From assembly GCA_964291315.2 (NCBI GenBank), contig OZ219753.1, positions 1,056,001-1,120,000 of the forward strand: 64,000 bases of DNA, read 5' to 3'. Positions within the stretch are counted from its first letter, which is position 1. Each line of letters starts with the position of its first letter. The stretch is from Candidatus Poribacteria bacterium. GTDB taxonomy: Bacteria > Poribacteria > WGA-4E > WGA-3G. Below the pieces are notes generated by a model. The model was not told where the DNA came from and did not search any database. It worked only from the letters and a program-made list of their open reading frames with translations. Positions 1 through 10,913 of the stretch are shown here, piece after piece. The translations under genes and the position numbers were made by a program.

Positions 1-847
1 CCGCACTGCCAGACGACGATTCTATACCCACCGCCGCCTCATACAACGCACGGAAGTAGTCCCGACGACCCGCATACCGCAACCAACCTTTTCTCTCAAG
101 AAAACGCAGAAACATCAAACGATTCAACAGACGCTGCGTATACAACCGACGCTCATCCGCCTCGCTCTTTGGGATCCCTGACAGTGCCGCCTCCACTAAT
201 TCGAAGACGCTCTTATACTCACGGAAAAACTGATCCGTCACAGCCGCCACATCAAACGCACGCTGCCATTTAGCAACCCACGCTTGCGACGACGAAAAAC
301 CGCCACGCGGAAACGCCAGAGCCGGCAGGTTGTATTCACACAGCGTCCGAAGGTGCGTATCCCCACGATCCCACGAGAATATAGACAGCACCGCATCCTG
401 CCAAGACGCACCCGCACCTGCGAAGTGGGCAAACGCAAACCGATGAAAATCAGCAGTCGTGCAGATGAATAGCAGATGATCCAGCTCCCACGCAGGCAGC
501 CGTGCGTCTCGGGCGCGCCTTTCAACCAGACCCCGCAGAACCCGCCGCAACTCCGTGCGATACACCCGCTCACTGCTGAATTCAACAAAGAAGATGCCCC
601 ACGGCTGCGAGCCGACCTCGGGAGAAAATCCCAACGCCTCGCGCGCGAACGGCGGCAGCTGCAGACAGTCAGCGACTCGTGCCTCAGCCGTTTCATCAAG
701 ATCCAGCTCTGCTGACGACCACGGGAAAGCTATCTCGCCGAGCGTCACGTCTTCGGGGATCGGCCAGTCGAGAGTGTCACGAAAGAACGCTAAGAGCGTC
801 TCAAAGTCAGTTATAGTATCAACAGTTTCAACGGGTATATATGACAT
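1..847 (-). CDS. N-terminal part of Eco57I/TaqI-like adenine DNA methyltransferase (copy 1, runs off left edge)
   Basis: ATG at 847; sequence colinear and nearly identical (offset 22133) to the 5' end of the MTase gene starting at 22980. Confidence 0.8.
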   Translation of the reverse strand, partial: MSYIPVETVDTITDFETLLAFFRDTLDWPIPEDVTLGEIAFPWSSAELDLDETAEARVADCLQLPPFAREALGFSPEVGSQPWGIFFVEFSSERVYRTELRRVLRGLVERRARDARLPAWELDHLLFICTTADFHRFAFAHFAGAGASWQDAVLSIFSWDRGDTHLRTLCEYNLPALAFPRGGFSSSQAWVAKWQRAFDVAAVTDQFFREYKSVFELVEAALSGIPKSEADERRLYTQRLLNRLMFLRFLERKGWLRYAGRRDYFRALYEAAVGIESSSGSA

Positions 848-938
848 TGGTATTCCTCAAGGGTTAGGCGATAAGTAAACGGATAACGGACATCTTGGAA
901 AATAGACCCGACCAACGAGACGGGTGCTTCACTCTCCT

Positions 939-967
939 AATATAGCACGCACCGCTTGTTTTGTCAA
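939..967 (-). promoter_or_regulatory. sigma70-type promoter of MTase copy 1
   Basis: Minus strand TTGACA-17 nt-TATATT with extended TGn. Confidence 0.75.
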
Positions 968-1064
968 ATGTAGCACAACAGGCGTACCGGGTGTAGAACA
1001 TTAATCTTTAGTATGTACGCAAAACGTTACTTCGAATCACGAGGCATCTACAGTACCTATCAAT

Positions 1065-1093
1065 TTGACACGCCTTCCCCTTTGTGATAAAAT
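1065..1093 (+). promoter_or_regulatory. sigma70-type promoter of lpdA
   Basis: TTGACA-17 nt-TAAAAT upstream of AGGAG RBS and ATG 1123. Confidence 0.7.
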
Positions 1094-1122
1094 TAAATTC
1101 ATCTCAAAAGATAGGAGCAGTT

Positions 1123-2511
1123 ATGTCTACATACGATGTCATAATTATCGGCGGCGGGCCGGGCGGATACGTTGCAGCCATCAAAGCTGCACAACTCGGT
1201 GGAACGGTCTGCCTGATAGAAAAAGGGGCGTGGGGCGGAACTTGTCTGAACCGAGGGTGTATTCCAACAAAAACCCTTTTTGCTGTTGCGAATCTCGCTA
1301 CACAGATGCAGCAAGCTTCTGCTTTCGGTGTACATATCAACGGGGAGACGACAATTGATTATACGCAAGTGTTGAACCACAAAACCACTGTTGTCCAACA
1401 GTTAGAACGGGGCATCGCGCAATTATTGAAGGCGAACGTGGTCGATGTCCGTAACGGAACAGCCGAGCTTATCGATAAAAATACGATCATTGTCAACAAG
1501 CCTGATGGTGCAACTGAACAGTTGCACACGAAAAATGTTATTATTGCGACAGGTTCAGAACCCGCGAAACCACCGCTCTTTGAGATCGATGAGAACCAAG
1601 TTTTGACGACAACAGGCATTCTCAATCTTACAGAGCTTCCTGAAAGCCTGCTAATCGTTGGCGGCGGTGTATCCGGATGCGAATTTGCTTCTATCTTCAA
1701 TGCCCTCGGGTGCCGAGTGACAATAGTGGAACTTCTCCCTACCATTTTGGTGTCCGAAGATATTCAAGTTATCCGACACATTCAGCACTTCATGAAGCGC
1801 AAAGGCATCACGATCCATACCGGTGTGAAACTTACCGGTGTCAAAAAAACAGGCACACAGGTAACAGCTGTGCTTAACTCCGGCGAAGAGATCACTGCAG
1901 AAAAAATGCTTGTTTCAATCGGCAGGCGCTACAATACAGATAGGGTAGGTTTAGAAAAAGTTGGTATTCGCACCAATGGCGGGAAAATCGTTGTGGATGC
2001 ACAGATGCGCACGAACGTTTTCAATATTTATTCGGTCGGAGATGTGGCCAGCCGTTATCTGTTGGCACACGTGGCATCGGCAGAAGGGAAAGTCGCCGCA
2101 CAAAACTGCCTTGGTGCCGGCGTTGAGATGGATTATCAGGTCATTCCATGGTGTGTTTTCACCTTACCCGAAATTGGACACGTCGGAATGACAGAAGAAG
2201 AAGCAACACTTGAAGGGTATGAAGTAAAAATCGGTCGATTCCCTTACGCAGCGAACGCAAAAGCGTTAGGACTACGTCAAACAGATGGATTTGTCAAAAC
2301 TGTCTCTGATGCCGATAGCGGCGATATTCTCGGCATTCACATCGTCGGCGCGCACGCGTCAACACTTATTCATGAAGCCGCCGTCGCCCTCCGATTGGGA
2401 GCAACAGCAAGCGACATTGCACAGACTGTTCATGCACATCCTACCCTTTCAGAAATGATCATGGAATCCGCCGAAGCCGTGATGGGCAAGGCAATTCACA
2501 GTGTGCGTTAA
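1123..2511 (+). CDS. lpdA: dihydrolipoamide dehydrogenase
   Basis: GGGPGG FAD motif, GGTCLNRGCIP redox disulfide, C-terminal HAHPTLSE. Confidence 0.95.
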   Translation: MSTYDVIIIGGGPGGYVAAIKAAQLGGTVCLIEKGAWGGTCLNRGCIPTKTLFAVANLATQMQQASAFGVHINGETTIDYTQVLNHKTTVVQQLERGIAQLLKANVVDVRNGTAELIDKNTIIVNKPDGATEQLHTKNVIIATGSEPAKPPLFEIDENQVLTTTGILNLTELPESLLIVGGGVSGCEFASIFNALGCRVTIVELLPTILVSEDIQVIRHIQHFMKRKGITIHTGVKLTGVKKTGTQVTAVLNSGEEITAEKMLVSIGRRYNTDRVGLEKVGIRTNGGKIVVDAQMRTNVFNIYSVGDVASRYLLAHVASAEGKVAAQNCLGAGVEMDYQVIPWCVFTLPEIGHVGMTEEEATLEGYEVKIGRFPYAANAKALGLRQTDGFVKTVSDADSGDILGIHIVGAHASTLIHEAAVALRLGATASDIAQTVHAHPTLSEMIMESAEAVMGKAIHSVR

Positions 2512-3413
2512 AAACGGACAGCTTCTTGGAGTTCATCATAGCGCGCCAAAATTTCAGAAAACCGAACGCGCTTTTGTCTGTCAACGCTGAAATCTTCAAT
2601 ATTAAAAGAGGCAAGAACCGTGCCGTAAATCATTGCACTGCGTACCGCCTTCTCAGAAGTATCGTCAACCGATGCAAGATACCCCATCATGCCCCCCGCA
2701 AAACTATCTCCTGCCCCTGTAGGATCTGTTACCTGTGTGAGTGGATACGCAGGCGCACTAAAGAAGGACGACTCTGTGACGCTGATAGCACCATGCTCCC
2801 CCTTTTTAATGATAACCCTTTTTGGACCATAACGTAGAATCTCTCGGGCCGCCCGCATCAAATTGGAATCACCGGTGAACAAGCGCGCCTCACTGTCATT
2901 TAAAATGAGAACATCTACACGTCTTAAGAGGGCTTCTAATGCCTCCCGCTCCTCATTAATCCAAAAATCCATCGTATCGCAAACAATGAACTTCGAATCC
3001 TTCGCTTGTTCAATGATGCTCAATTGTAGCAGCGGGGAATTATTCGCTAAAAAAAGATACGGAGTCTCCCTATAAGTTTCAGGTAAAACAGGCTGGAAAT
3101 CCCTAACAACATTTAATTCTGTGAAAAGTGTATCTCGTACGTTAAAATCTGCGGCATAACGCCCGCCCCATCGAAACGATTTGCCAGAATCAATCTGCTT
3201 TAGACCTTGGAGATCGATGCCTTGAGTCTCAAGGAACTCTGTGTACGCACCCGGGAAATCAGCACCGATAACACCAACAAGCTGCACAGCGTTCTTAAAA
3301 AAATTCGCCGCGACAGCGGCGTACACGCCAGAACCACCTAGTACATCTTCAACGCGTGTACTCGGGGTCTCCACCGTATCTAAAGTAACTGTTCCAACGA
3401 CCAAAACTCCCAT
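2508..3413 (-). CDS. PfkB-family carbohydrate/nucleoside kinase
   Basis: GGSG N-terminal motif and DPTGAGDSFAGG signature. Confidence 0.9.
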   Translation of the reverse strand: MGVLVVGTVTLDTVETPSTRVEDVLGGSGVYAAVAANFFKNAVQLVGVIGADFPGAYTEFLETQGIDLQGLKQIDSGKSFRWGGRYAADFNVRDTLFTELNVVRDFQPVLPETYRETPYLFLANNSPLLQLSIIEQAKDSKFIVCDTMDFWINEEREALEALLRRVDVLILNDSEARLFTGDSNLMRAAREILRYGPKRVIIKKGEHGAISVTESSFFSAPAYPLTQVTDPTGAGDSFAGGMMGYLASVDDTSEKAVRSAMIYGTVLASFNIEDFSVDRQKRVRFSEILARYDELQEAVRF

Positions 3414-3466
3414 ACCTTAAGTTTCTGTTTCCCCAAATATATAGGCGCAAATTCCTGTTTTTAAAA

Positions 3467-3712
3467 TCAGAAAGGCCCCGGCCTATTTTTATTTTCGCGT
3501 AATGCATGCATAACCCGTCGCAAACGCCGAACAACGATTACACCAAGTACAACAACTATCGGATACTGCAAGATACCCAAGACCTTTAACAACGACGCAG
3601 GCAAAGGCAACGCTATTTTCTGAGAGGATGCCATGATTGGAAATAAAAGGACCGCGGATACAAGCAGTATAATCCATTCCCAAATCTCTGATTTTTTCAT
3701 AAGCCACCCCAT
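3467..3712 (-). CDS. small membrane protein
   Basis: Two hydrophobic segments and a basic tail; co-oriented between ahcY and pfkB. Confidence 0.55.
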   Translation of the reverse strand: MGWLMKKSEIWEWIILLVSAVLLFPIMASSQKIALPLPASLLKVLGILQYPIVVVLGVIVVRRLRRVMHALRENKNRPGPF

Positions 3713-3736
3713 AAAGCGCTAACGTTCACAACAGAG

Positions 3737-5002
3737 CTAAGTTCCGATTTCCCACGAGTTAAGGTATTTTTCTTGCTCAGGCGTGAGTGTGTCAATATGA
3801 ATGCCGAACGCTTGTAGCTTCAATTGAGCCACGCTTTCGTCGATAGATTTAGGAACATTGTATACACGGTTTTCAAGACTGTCACGGTTCTTAGCGATGT
3901 ATTCAACGGATAATGCCTGATTCGCAAAACTCATATCCATGACACTAGCAGGATGCCCTTCTGCCGCAGCGAGGTTTACCAATCTGCCTTCACCTACGAG
4001 GTAGAGTTTCCTGCCATCCGCGAGTGTATACACGTTTACATACGGTCGCGCGTTCCCTATGTCGCAGCTTAGCTTTTCCAACGCAGGGATATCAATTTCT
4101 ACGTCGAAATGACCGGAATTCGCGATAATCGCGCCATCCTTCATCACTTCAAAATGTTCCTTACGCAAAACGTGAATATCCCCTGTAAGCGTCACGACCA
4201 AACCGGCTTCTTGAACCGCTTGTTGCATCGGCATAACTCTGAATCCGTCCATCACGGCTTCTAACGCTCTCAATGGATCGACTTCAGTTACAATAACGTT
4301 TGCCCCTAAACCGCGTGCACGACTGGCAACCCCTCTCCCGCACCACCCGTAGCCCGCTATGACAACTGTCGTCCCAGCAATCAGAAGATTGGTCGCCCTG
4401 ATAATACCGTCAAGTGTGCTCTGCCCTGTACCGTATCGGTTGTCAAAAAAATGTTTTGTATGAGCGTCGTTGACAGCAAGGATAGGATATCTCAGGACAC
4501 CCTCGTTCGCCATACTTTTGAGACGGATGACCCCGGTGGTTGTTTCCTCTGTTCCAGCAACCACCCGCTCAATTAACGCAGGGTTAGTTTCTTCAGAGTG
4601 AAGCCTTGAGACAAGATCAGCCCCATCGTCCATGGTAATCGCAGGTTGTGTATCAAGGACCGCATCAATGTGTTTATAATAGGTTTCTGTGTCCACACCG
4701 TCAACTGCAAAAACACCGATCTTTTCGTCAACAACAAGAGAGGCAGCGACATCATCTTGAGTGCTGAGCGGGTTTGATGCACACACAACTGCCTCCGCGC
4801 CGCCTGCTTTCAACGTCTTCATCAAATTTGCTGTTTCAGTTGTAACGTGCAAACAGGCTGCTATCCTTAATCCCTCCAAAGGCCGTTCCCTCGCGAACCG
4901 TTCTCGGATGGATTCCAGTACTGGCATGAATCGATGTGCCCAATCGATTCGTTGTTTCCCTGTTGACGCGAGGTCTGTTGTTTTAATATCGTAGTTCATC
5001 AC
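3737..5002 (-). CDS. ahcY: adenosylhomocysteinase
   Basis: [33 protein letters not shown] and [13 protein letters not shown] motifs. Confidence 0.97.
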   Translation of the reverse strand: MMNYDIKTTDLASTGKQRIDWAHRFMPVLESIRERFARERPLEGLRIAACLHVTTETANLMKTLKAGGAEAVVCASNPLSTQDDVAASLVVDEKIGVFAVDGVDTETYYKHIDAVLDTQPAITMDDGADLVSRLHSEETNPALIERVVAGTEETTTGVIRLKSMANEGVLRYPILAVNDAHTKHFFDNRYGTGQSTLDGIIRATNLLIAGTTVVIAGYGWCGRGVASRARGLGANVIVTEVDPLRALEAVMDGFRVMPMQQAVQEAGLVVTLTGDIHVLRKEHFEVMKDGAIIANSGHFDVEIDIPALEKLSCDIGNARPYVNVYTLADGRKLYLVGEGRLVNLAAAEGHPASVMDMSFANQALSVEYIAKNRDSLENRVYNVPKSIDESVAQLKLQAFGIHIDTLTPEQEKYLNSWEIGT

Positions 5003-5038
5003 TTTCCTTTTTCGCTAATATTTTCGATCTTCTTCAAA

Positions 5039-6166
5039 CTACCGGAGTTTTTCGATGTAATCGGTTTCTTCCCAAGTAAAACCAGGGGCTTCGCGCCCGA
5101 AATGCCCGTAGGCAGCTGTGTTTTGATAGATAGGCCGACGCAACTTCAACCGTTCAATAATACCGATTGGCGTTAAATCAAAATGGGTGTTAACAAGTTT
5201 TGTAAGGGCTTCATCATCACCTGTCCCGAAGGTATCTACCATGACAGAAATGGGGTCCGCTCTCCCGATTGCATAAGAAATTTGGATCTCACAACGTTCC
5301 GCACGCCCAGCTGCAACGATGTTTTTAGCAACATGCCGAGCTGCATAAGTCGCACTTCGATCTACTTTAGTTGGATCCTTCCCAGAAAGTGCCCCACCAC
5401 CATGTCGTCCCATGCCCCCATACGTATCAGCAATAATCTTTCGCCCGGTTAATCCGGCATCCCCTTGCGGACCTCCGGTTACAAAGCGTCCTGTTGGATT
5501 AATATGATATTTAATATCTGGACTTCGGAGATTTTCAGGTATAACTTTTTTGATTACCTCTTCGATAATTGATTCCCGGAGGCGAGTATCCACGTCGACA
5601 TCCGGATCATGTTGTGAGGAGATAACAACTGTCGTAACAGCCTTAGGTTCATTATCGGCATATTCAACTGTCACTTGAGATTTCCCATCAGGCCGAATAA
5701 AGGGAAGGATACCGTCCTTCCGAACTTCTGCCAAGCGCCTCGTTAATTGATGCGCAAGAGTAATCGGCAACGGCATTAATTCTGGCGTTTCGGTGCAAGC
5801 GTATCCAAACATCAAACCTTGGTCGCCCGCACCGCCTAGGTCCACCCCCAGCGCAATATCAGGCGATTGTTTATCAATGATGCTCAAGACAGCGCTTCGG
5901 TCAGCGTCAAAACCGTATTCAATATGAGTGTACCCGATATCGGTAAGTACGCGCCGTGCAATTTGCTTATCGTCGTAGTTTGTAGTTGTAGTGATCTCGC
6001 CAGCGATAACAACAAGCCCTGTTGTGACCAAAGTCTCACAGCCGACTCTACCCATAGGGTCGGTTGCTAGTATAGCATCAAGCACCGCGTCGGAGATCTG
6101 GTCTGCGACTTTGTCCGGATGTCCCTCAGTGACAGACTCGGACGTAAATAGAAAATTTTTGCTCAA
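5039..6166 (-). CDS. metK: S-adenosylmethionine synthetase
   Basis: [28 protein letters not shown]; probable TTG start at 6166 after GGAG. Confidence 0.97.
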   Translation of the reverse strand: MSKNFLFTSESVTEGHPDKVADQISDAVLDAILATDPMGRVGCETLVTTGLVVIAGEITTTTNYDDKQIARRVLTDIGYTHIEYGFDADRSAVLSIIDKQSPDIALGVDLGGAGDQGLMFGYACTETPELMPLPITLAHQLTRRLAEVRKDGILPFIRPDGKSQVTVEYADNEPKAVTTVVISSQHDPDVDVDTRLRESIIEEVIKKVIPENLRSPDIKYHINPTGRFVTGGPQGDAGLTGRKIIADTYGGMGRHGGGALSGKDPTKVDRSATYAARHVAKNIVAAGRAERCEIQISYAIGRADPISVMVDTFGTGDDEALTKLVNTHFDLTPIGIIERLKLRRPIYQNTAAYGHFGREAPGFTWEETDYIEKLR

Positions 6167-6405
6167 TTCCGGGGCTCCCAGTTTATATATGTATCTCTCA
6201 ACCGTATCATAATTGCTAAACTTTAGGTGTAAGAGATGAAGAGTGGATCCCAAGACCCACTCTTACACATAAATGTAGAAAACGGACAGACTTAACCTCC
6301 ACGTCTACACTTAAATGTCAACATCTCTGTAGCAAGGTTTTCTTCTAGGCACCTGTTTCCACACCGAAAGCGTGAATCTGGTCCGGGCAGAAGATACAAG
6401 GGACG

Positions 6406-8619
6406 TTAATTCTCGGAGTTCTCAGTATTCTCGGTATTCGCGGTATTCTCAGAACTCTCAGTGCTCTCCAAACTTTCAGCGTTTGACTTACCCATTTCTT
6501 CTTTGAGTAGATGCCCCAGTGTCGTGGGAGTTTCCTCGTGTGCCGGCATTCGGCGTCGGGGTGTCCTTTCTCGCCGTGGACGAGGCGGACGCTCGTACCG
6601 TTTTTCCTTTTGAGTTGGCTGCGCCTCCTCAGGGGCTGCCGCCCGTTCTTGTTCGGCAATGAGCGCTTTCAAGCTAAGCCCGATGCGCCGTTCTTTTGGA
6701 AACAGATTAATCACTTTTAGGTCTAGCTCGTCTCCAACAGAAACAATCTCTTCCGGTTTTTCAATCCGGTGGTTCGCAAGTTCAGAGATATGAATTAAAC
6801 CTTCAATGCCCTCCTCAAGCTTTGTGAACGCCCCAAAACTGGTGAGATTGACGATTGTGCCTCGGACAACAGAACCAACTTTGTACTTCTCTGGCACTTC
6901 TTCCCAAGGATCCGGCTGCACCTGCTTCAGCCCAAGTGAAACCCGCCGCTCAGCAGCGTCAATTTGTAGCACAACTACCTCAATTTCACTACCTTCTTTA
7001 AGGTCCGCATTGGCTGCAGCTCCCCGTTTCGTCCATGAGATATCCGAAGTATGAATCAAACCGTCGATCCCGGGTTCGATTTCAACAAATACACCAAAAT
7101 TCGTCAAGTTTCGAATACGCCCGGTGATTTTGCTACCAACCGGGGCTCGTTCTTCTAAAAGCTCCCAAGGATTCTGTTGCAGCTGCTTAAGTCCAAGTGA
7201 AATACGTTTGTCTCCCCTTGAGATTTCAAGCACGACCGCTTCAATTTTATCGCCTTTGTTGACAATCCTTGATGGCGCGACATTGCGCCGAGTCCATGCC
7301 ATTTCAGATACATGAATCAGTCCTTCTACACCTTCTTCAAGCTGCAAAAATGCCCCATAGTTGACAATGTTCACAACAACACCATTAACTCTGGAGCCAA
7401 TTGGGTACTTCTCCTCAATGTTTGCCCATGGATCTGGCGTTTTCTGTTTCAAACCCAACGAAATCTTCTCGTTCTCCGGATCGATACCGATGACTTGGAC
7501 CTCAATTTCTTCTCCAACTGAAACAACGTCAGAGGGGTGATGGATGCGTTTCCAGGCCAGGTCTGTTTTATGGAGCAACCCATCAACACCACCAAGATCC
7601 ACAAATGCCCCGAAAGCCGTAATATTTTTTACCACGCCCTTGACGAGTTGACCTACTTCAAGCGCACTGAGGACTTCCAAGCGCTTTTTCACCAATTCTG
7701 CCTCTAAGCAGGCGCGACGAGACAAGACGATGTTGTGCCGGCGCTTACTGAGACTGATAACTGTCATGTCAAGCGTCTGACCCACATACTGCTCAAGGTT
7801 CTGGATGGGCCGGAGTTCAACCTGTGAAGCCGGCAAAAAACCTCGCAGAGAGCCGATAGTTACCCGTAATCCACCTTTAATACGTTGGGTGATACGACCT
7901 TTGACAGGTGCGCTAGTCTCATACGCGGTCGCTATCTCATCCCAAATGAGAGTCTGGTCAGCTATCTTCTTTGAAAGAACTATTTGCCCTTCCGAGTCTT
8001 CACGCCTAACAATGTAGACATCGATTTGATCCCCGGCCTGTAAAGCAGGTAAATCGTTTTCCCCAATATCAAATTCGGATGCTGGAATGTAGCCCTCCGA
8101 CTTAAAGCCTATATCGATCATCACCTCATCGCGGGTGACATCCACGACGGTTCCTTTAACAATCTCACCGTCGGTAAATGCTTTGATCGAATTATCATAC
8201 GCTTCTTCAAGAGATTCAGCGCTCATCGGTTCTAGTGACTCTTCCGGCGCTGCCACTTCCTCTTCAGATACGTTTTCATCAGTAACCTCTGCCGCTTGTT
8301 CACTATCCGCCTCACTCTCAGGAATCGCCTCCGCACCCTCTTCAGGTTCGGTCTCAACTATCTGTTCAGGCGGGGCTTCATCCGTAGATGATACCGCTTG
8401 TTCAGAGTCTAGATCCCCTGCAGCCGTTTCTACTTCACTGCTCGAAGCTTCTTCATGCATCTCAATCTCTGCATCGGTTGTTGAAGCTGCCTGCACAGCT
8501 TCTAGAGATTCTGTCTCGCTTGCCGTATCCTGATGTACCTCAACCGAGTTTTCAGTTGAAGACTGTTCTTCTTCCACATCAACAGTGGATACGCTTGTAT
8601 TTGCTTGTTCGTTGTTCAT
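6406..8619 (-). CDS. rpsA: 30S ribosomal protein S1 with long acidic N-terminal extension
   Basis: DIGFKSEG, FLPASQV and repeated S1 motifs (FGAFV..GVDGLLH, EGLIHVSE). Confidence 0.93.
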   Translation of the reverse strand: MNNEQANTSVSTVDVEEEQSSTENSVEVHQDTASETESLEAVQAASTTDAEIEMHEEASSSEVETAAGDLDSEQAVSSTDEAPPEQIVETEPEEGAEAIPESEADSEQAAEVTDENVSEEEVAAPEESLEPMSAESLEEAYDNSIKAFTDGEIVKGTVVDVTRDEVMIDIGFKSEGYIPASEFDIGENDLPALQAGDQIDVYIVRREDSEGQIVLSKKIADQTLIWDEIATAYETSAPVKGRITQRIKGGLRVTIGSLRGFLPASQVELRPIQNLEQYVGQTLDMTVISLSKRRHNIVLSRRACLEAELVKKRLEVLSALEVGQLVKGVVKNITAFGAFVDLGGVDGLLHKTDLAWKRIHHPSDVVSVGEEIEVQVIGIDPENEKISLGLKQKTPDPWANIEEKYPIGSRVNGVVVNIVNYGAFLQLEEGVEGLIHVSEMAWTRRNVAPSRIVNKGDKIEAVVLEISRGDKRISLGLKQLQQNPWELLEERAPVGSKITGRIRNLTNFGVFVEIEPGIDGLIHTSDISWTKRGAAANADLKEGSEIEVVVLQIDAAERRVSLGLKQVQPDPWEEVPEKYKVGSVVRGTIVNLTSFGAFTKLEEGIEGLIHISELANHRIEKPEEIVSVGDELDLKVINLFPKERRIGLSLKALIAEQERAAAPEEAQPTQKEKRYERPPRPRRERTPRRRMPAHEETPTTLGHLLKEEMGKSNAESLESTESSENTANTENTENSEN

Positions 8620-8820
8620 TAAGATACCTGGTCCATTTAAAAACGCACAACCGCGTTAATCCGCCAGTTCCTCCTTATATTCAAAGTGCTTTTAACACTT
8701 CCAAATCGGTTACATAATAGTATACCATAAATGCGGTCAGAAAAGCAACAATTTTTTGCATCGCGATTTGATCTCCCTAAAAAAACGACCATACCTCGAT
8801 ATTCAATGACAAAATTTTGC

Positions 8821-8849
8821 TTGACTTTTTCCTTGAATTAAGATAGAAT
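8821..8849 (+). promoter_or_regulatory. sigma70-type promoter
   Basis: TTGACT-17 nt-TAGAAT upstream of the STAS gene. Confidence 0.65.
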
Positions 8850-8906
8850 TCACAGAAAACAATCCTAATTAAGCCGACTAGTCATCTATAAGAAGAGGTA
8901 ATTTCT

Positions 8907-9260
8907 ATGGACTCAACCCAATTAATGAAACTCCGCGAGGAGTCCGGCATTAAGATCATCGAGATAAAAACAGACTTAAGTAGTTACGGAGCATCTGATT
9001 TACGGAAAGTACTTGAAGACCTTTTAGTCGAGAAAGTGGACAGAGTGGTCGTTAACCTCAGCGAAGTAAGTCATATCAATAGTACCGCCGTGGGGGCACT
9101 TGTAGGTGTTGCCAAACGTCTCCGACAGAATGGCGGCGACCTTAAAATTTGCGCACTTGCCGACAACTTGGCGCGCACCTTCCACCTTATCGGGGCTTCA
9201 AGTGTCCTTGAAATCTATGAATCAGAACACAGCGCCCTCGCTGCATTTGAAACCTATTAA
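8907..9260 (+). CDS. STAS-domain anti-sigma-factor antagonist (RsbV/SpoIIAA-like)
   Basis: VVVNLSEVSHINSTAVGALV motif. Confidence 0.88.
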   Translation: MDSTQLMKLREESGIKIIEIKTDLSSYGASDLRKVLEDLLVEKVDRVVVNLSEVSHINSTAVGALVGVAKRLRQNGGDLKICALADNLARTFHLIGASSVLEIYESEHSALAAFETY

Positions 9261-9270
9261 ATCTTAACAT

Positions 9271-9726
9271 ATGGCGAAAGCAGAAATTGAACTTAATATC
9301 CCAAGCACCGTTTTTTATATTGAACCTGTCCGAGCGTTCATCGGGACCTTGGCCCAAAGCCTCGGATTTTCTAGAAAACGCCTCGCAGACATCCAACTCG
9401 TGCTTGACGAAGTTTGTAGCAACGCAGTACATCACGGTTCAGCTAATGCTGCAGTTGGTATCAAATTGCAGATAAGTGCGGACACACATGCCCTTGAAAT
9501 TGTAGTGAGGGATACTGGGCCGGGAGATGTCAGCGGAAAGTGTTGGTTAACTTGTGAAAGACTTTTGGAAATTGAGGCAAATCGTTCTCCAACCAATGAG
9601 CGAGGACACGGCATTTTCATCGCGAAATCTCTTTCTGATACTCATGAGATGCGATGCAACGAGACCGGCGGTACAGATGTCCGAGTTGTTTTCCATCTCT
9701 TAAGATCTAGCAAATCCAAGCTTTAA
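9271..9726 (+). CDS. anti-sigma factor / Ser kinase (RsbW-like)
   Basis: DEVCSNAVHHG N-box, DTGPG and ERGHGIFI G-box. Confidence 0.88.
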   Translation: MAKAEIELNIPSTVFYIEPVRAFIGTLAQSLGFSRKRLADIQLVLDEVCSNAVHHGSANAAVGIKLQISADTHALEIVVRDTGPGDVSGKCWLTCERLLEIEANRSPTNERGHGIFIAKSLSDTHEMRCNETGGTDVRVVFHLLRSSKSKL

Positions 9727-10913
9727 TCGCCTCCGACAGCCTCAATCGCAATAAGTGTTAGATCATCGTCTTTCGGACAGTTCACTGTGAAAGTATCGAC
9801 TGCTTTTGAAACACTTGAGATGAGCTCCGCTGCTGGCTGCGCCGCACACTCGCTCACCAATTTTTGGAGGTTTTCTATCGTGAATTCTTCCCCTTGTGGA
9901 TTCTTGGCCTCGTAAACACCATCGGTATAAAGAAATATCTTGCTTAATCGACTGAACGGGTAATGTGCAGTTTCATAAACTGATTCCCGCCAAATGCCTA
10001 AACCGTTTCCAATATTTTTATCGCCGATAGCATAATAGGTTTGTTGATGCTCGTCATACAAGAAAGGAAAAGAATGTCCAGCATTTGCACAAATCAGTTC
10101 TTCTTTGCCGAGATCAATGATCCCACAAAACGCAGTCGCAAACATAAACAGCCGTGAACTAATCAGATCGTTAAAACGAGTGTTCAATCCTTCGAGCAGA
10201 TGCCCCGGATTATCCTCAACCAATTCTTGGAATTCCGCCAAAATCGTTTTAATGAAGACAGTCACAAAAGCGGCTGAAACGCCATGACCCATAACATCCG
10301 AGATAAAAACCCCCAGCCGATTCGGCATGATTTCCCAAACATCAAAGAAATCCCCACCGACAGCCATTTCCGGGCAACACCGGGAAGCAATCCGAAACCC
10401 AGATAATTCCTGAACCCCGTTCTGAGGAATCAGAATCTCCTGGATACTCCGTGCCATTTGGAGCTCTTCTTCCAAACGAGCATTATGTCTGGCTAGTGTG
10501 TCCTGATACCCCTTGATCCGTAGGAGAGAGCGGACTCGCGCCAAGACTTCTAAACTATCAAAGGGTTTTTCGATAAAATCATCGGCACCCACTTCAATAG
10601 ACTCAATTCGGTTTTCGCGCGTATCGCGCAGCGCAGTTATCATCACAATCGGAATAAATTCAGTCGTCTTATTTGCACGAACCTGCTTGACGACTTCAAA
10701 GCCATTCATCTTAGGCATGTTAATATCAAGTAAGATCAGATCCGGTTTCTCTTTCTCAAGAATATCGAGTGCCTCAACGCCATCCTCAGCGGTACAAACG
10801 TTGTAACCTTGCGCATTGAGATGGATCTCTAGTATTCTAACATTCTTAGGTTCATCATCAACCACAAGAATTTTAGAGGCTTTTTGTGCTTCCGGAGTCG
10901 TTTCAGAATTCAT
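9723..10913 (-). CDS. receiver domain + PP2C/SpoIIE phosphatase (RsbU/RsbP-like)
   Basis: REC (VVDDE, LLDINMP, KPF) followed by VGGDFFD, DVMGHG, YTDGVYE, DDLT. Confidence 0.92.
   Translation of the reverse strand: MNSETTPEAQKASKILVVDDEPKNVRILEIHLNAQGYNVCTAEDGVEALDILEKEKPDLILLDINMPKMNGFEVVKQVRANKTTEFIPIVMITALRDTRENRIESIEVGADDFIEKPFDSLEVLARVRSLLRIKGYQDTLARHNARLEEELQMARSIQEILIPQNGVQELSGFRIASRCCPEMAVGGDFFDVWEIMPNRLGVFISDVMGHGVSAAFVTVFIKTILAEFQELVEDNPGHLLEGLNTRFNDLISSRLFMFATAFCGIIDLGKEELICANAGHSFPFLYDEHQQTYYAIGDKNIGNGLGIWRESVYETAHYPFSRLSKIFLYTDGVYEAKNPQGEEFTIENLQKLVSECAAQPAAELISSVSKAVDTFTVNCPKDDDLTLIAIEAVGGD

Larger units (their letters stand above)
1..967. repeat. ~970-bp direct repeat, copy 1 (partner 22134-23100)
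   Basis: Constant offset of 22133 at both ends with scattered substitutions; identity ends after ...GCTTGTTTTGTCAA. Confidence 0.95.

Noticed and set aside
238-878. Overlapping short ORFs in the repeat, and most antisense/nested ORFs in the track
   Set aside because: Shadow frames of real genes with no motifs or RBS
6170-6400. Canonical SAM-I riboswitch before metK
   Set aside because: Conserved AUC..GAU P1 and kink-turn core not found
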